Source of the DNA: Octopus vulgaris
Lineage: Eukaryota
NCBI GenBank assembly: GCA_951406725.2
Contig: OX597827.1
Coordinates: 60,946,001-61,010,000 of the forward strand
Direction: 5' to 3'
Length of the DNA stretch: 64,000 bases
The translations under genes were made by a program, and so were the position numbers. This document shows, one piece after another, positions 61,301 to 64,000 of the stretch. Position 1 is the stretch's first letter. Each line of letters begins with the position of its first letter. Below the pieces are notes generated by a model. The model was not told the DNA's origin, made no database searches, and was given only the letters and a program-made list of their open reading frames with translations.

Positions 61301-63379
61301 TGTGTTTGAGGGCCCCAATTATCCCATGAAATGCTTATGAACTTGCAACAAAACATAAGATTGTTGACCTTGTTCCTGAATCAAAAACATTTCTTCCTCC
61401 TATATACAGTACTTTTATTAAGTTTCAAACCATTTCATTTCTCACAAGCTGATGGAGTAAGTCAAAGCAATGGGTCGCACACAAGACATGATCCCATTGA
61501 AGTGAGATGTAAAGGGTTTGTAGGTCAGTCCCTCTGCTGAGCCTACAAATATGCAGGGCATCATAGGAACCAGTGGGCCAAGTTGGCTCTGAAGGCAGCA
61601 AGGCTTGCCTCAGGGTAGCTATGAATCAGATGTGAGCCCAGGAAAGGGTAATACTAACTTGATACAGGCAGGGTTTTGATCCACCCTAGTCAGGTCACCT
61701 GGACAGGTATGTCTAAGAGCCAAAATACCCAGTGATTCCAGGAAATAACACTGATGATGTGTCCAGGTACATCACAGGATGAATACTGTATGGAAAAACA
61801 AAGACATATAACTATAATTTGAATGCTATATCTTGACTCTCTTCCATATCTGAAAAAACTTTTTACAGGTGATATATACAGTTTATTGTGAAGGTGTATA
61901 GCTTGGTTAGAGCGCCGGGCTGACAATCATGAGGTAGTTTCTCAGACTGGGCTCTCTGTTGTATTCTTGAGTAAGACACTTTGTTTCACGTTGCTCCAGT
62001 TCATTCAACTATAGATAATTTATGTTCCTGACACCAGCTTAATAATCCTTTCTACTAAAGGCATAAGGCCAGAAATTTTGTGGGAGGGGACTAGTCGATT
62101 ACATTGACCCCAGTGTTTCACTGGTACTTAATTTATCAATTCCGAAAGGATAAAAGGCAAAGTTGACCCCAGTGGAATTTGAACTCAGAATGTAAAGATG
62201 GACAAAATATCACTTGCATTTTGCTTGGTATGTTAACGATCCTGCCAGCTTGCTGCCTTATATCAGCTTAATAATGACAGTTTTTTTTTTTAAACTAAAT
62301 TCTTCCTTACTTTCAAAATTAATTGAAACAATGGCCGAGTATTTGGTCAGAAATATGGCACTGTTGGATATGACGACAAGGATTTCAGTTGATTTGATCA
62401 ACAGCTTGCTCGTGAAATTAATGTGCAAGTGGCCGAGTACTCCACAGACATGAATACTCTTAATGTAGTTCTCAGGGCGATCCAGTATGACAAGGAATGT
62501 GACAATACTGCCCCTTTGAAATACAGGTACTACTCATTTTTGCCAGGTGAGTGGACTGGAGCAACATGAAATAAAGGGTCTTACTCAAAGACACGATATA
62601 CCACAGGGAATCGAACTCACAACCTCATGATCGTAAGCCAAATACCCTAACCACTAAGCAATACACTATCACTAGAAATATGGTAACAAAAATGTTAAAG
62701 TAATAATTCTTTTCCATAACAGAAATTCAAAGAATTTTTTTTTTATAAAGTTAATGCAGGTTAACTTACACTTTGCTTTTTATTTTTCATAAATAATAAT
62801 GAAATTATTGTATACAGTGCTCAGGTGCACCACAACTTGTATACAGTGCTCAGGTGCACCATAAAATAATAGATTTAGAAGAAAAAATTATTTTGGATAT
62901 GTGGCCCTTGTTAAATAGCAAATGCACCACACTGCTATAATTCTGTAGATATTTCTCCATCAATGAAGTTTTTAATTCACAGAGACACAGTGCTTTGCAA
63001 TATCAAATATCTTACTTCTTTGATCCTTTTGCTACAGACAACTCCAAGCCTCTTGCTTTTCAGCTTCTCTGTTTTACACAGATCCAACATCTAGCTCCTC
63101 TTTCTTCTACCTCCCTAATTAAAGTTCATTGCTCTCCAGCTTCTTCTCTTTTCAAGCCTTTAACCCTTTCAACTCATAAGTCTACTATCCTTCCTTTAGC
63201 CTATTGCTTCCTTGAGCATAGGCTATTGGTGACTTTCCACCATACTTCTCAAGTTTTCAGCTACCTTTCAAATTTTGCTACACTGCAGCAGGTTTCCCTG
63301 AGAGAAGGCCTTCATCTGCCAGGTCTTGTTGGTTTTGAATTGTCATTGGTGTTTCTTTAACTTTTACTTTTTACTAGAT

Positions 63380-64000
63380 CAATGCTCAAGCAAAAAGGAC
63401 TGATTGATTCAATAGCAGAGCCCTGAGAACCATCAAGAACACTAGATGGTACCATCACATTTCCAACCGAGAACATATCAGCCCAAGCATCCCACCACAC
63501 AGTTATATGCCATATGCTCTGGTACTGACATATCCTCTGCCTTATGTGCTGGTACGGACATGTTTTCCACTGTATGCACTGGTACGGACATGTCCTCCAT
63601 TGTATGCACTGGTACGGACATGTCCTCCACCGTATGCACTGGTAAGGACATGTCCTCCACCGTATGCACTGGTAAGGACATGTCCTCCACCGTATGCACT
63701 AGTAAGGACATGTCCTCCCCCGTATGCACTGGTACGGACATGTCCTCCACCGTATGCACTGGTAAGGACATGTCTTTCACCGTATGCACTGGTAAGGACG
63801 TCTTTCACCGTATGCACTAGTAAGGACATGTCCTCCCCCGTATGCACTGGTAAGGACATGTCCTCCACCGTATGCACTGGTAAAGACATGTCCTCCACCA
63901 TTTGAACTGATACAGACATTCTTCCGCCTCCTGCTAAATCATCCAGTCAGAACCTATTATCTACTCAAGCTTACCCTACTGATGCAGATTGCCCAGTGTT
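63380..64000 (+). mobile_element. RTE LINE RT C-terminal remnant containing a 30-bp minisatellite
   Basis: KRTD*FNSRALRTIKNTRWYHHISNRE before the array; unit encodes RMHWYGHVLH; RLLLNHPVR after it. Confidence 0.7.
63515..63900. repeat. 30-bp minisatellite, about 13 units
   Basis: cgtatgcactggta(c/a)ggacatgtcctccac. Confidence 0.95.

Noticed and set aside
62995-63360. 121-aa ORF
   Set aside because: TTG start; pyrimidine-rich strand of a purine-rich decayed sequence; no recognisable homology
63446-63919. Repeat-protein CDS (CTGKDMSSTV)n
   Set aside because: Frameshift near 63800, flanking stops, and better explained as an RTE-derived minisatellite

Overview
AT-rich, microsatellite-laden eukaryotic DNA. 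The tRNA-derived SINE families, (TA/CA)n tracts and TE remnants point to a coleoid cephalopod, most likely Octopus (recognition only, no search). Most long ORFs in the track are microsatellite, SINE or minisatellite artefacts. Real coding signal is limited to two probable terminal minus-strand exons (329-207, 109-14) of an unidentified gene. There are weaker minus-strand exon candidates and a likely promoter/first exon near 58.9-60.3 kb. The rest is SINEs (at least 5 families), non-autonomous Helitrons, Tc1/mariner, Merlin and hAT elements, CR1/RTE/Jockey-like LINE and Gypsy remnants, and minisatellites. The most interesting signal is a set of small elements carrying minimal type I hammerhead-ribozyme (HHR) motifs of the Penelope/retrozyme kind. 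Two ~355-nt terminally redundant monomers (22.2-22.9 kb and 50.6-50.9 kb) share the same 132-nt rod architecture with dissimilar stem sequences, and one has a compensatory U3-A8 catalytic core. A tRNA-headed HHR element is inserted as an inverted pair with an 11-bp TSD (5.5-6.0 kb).
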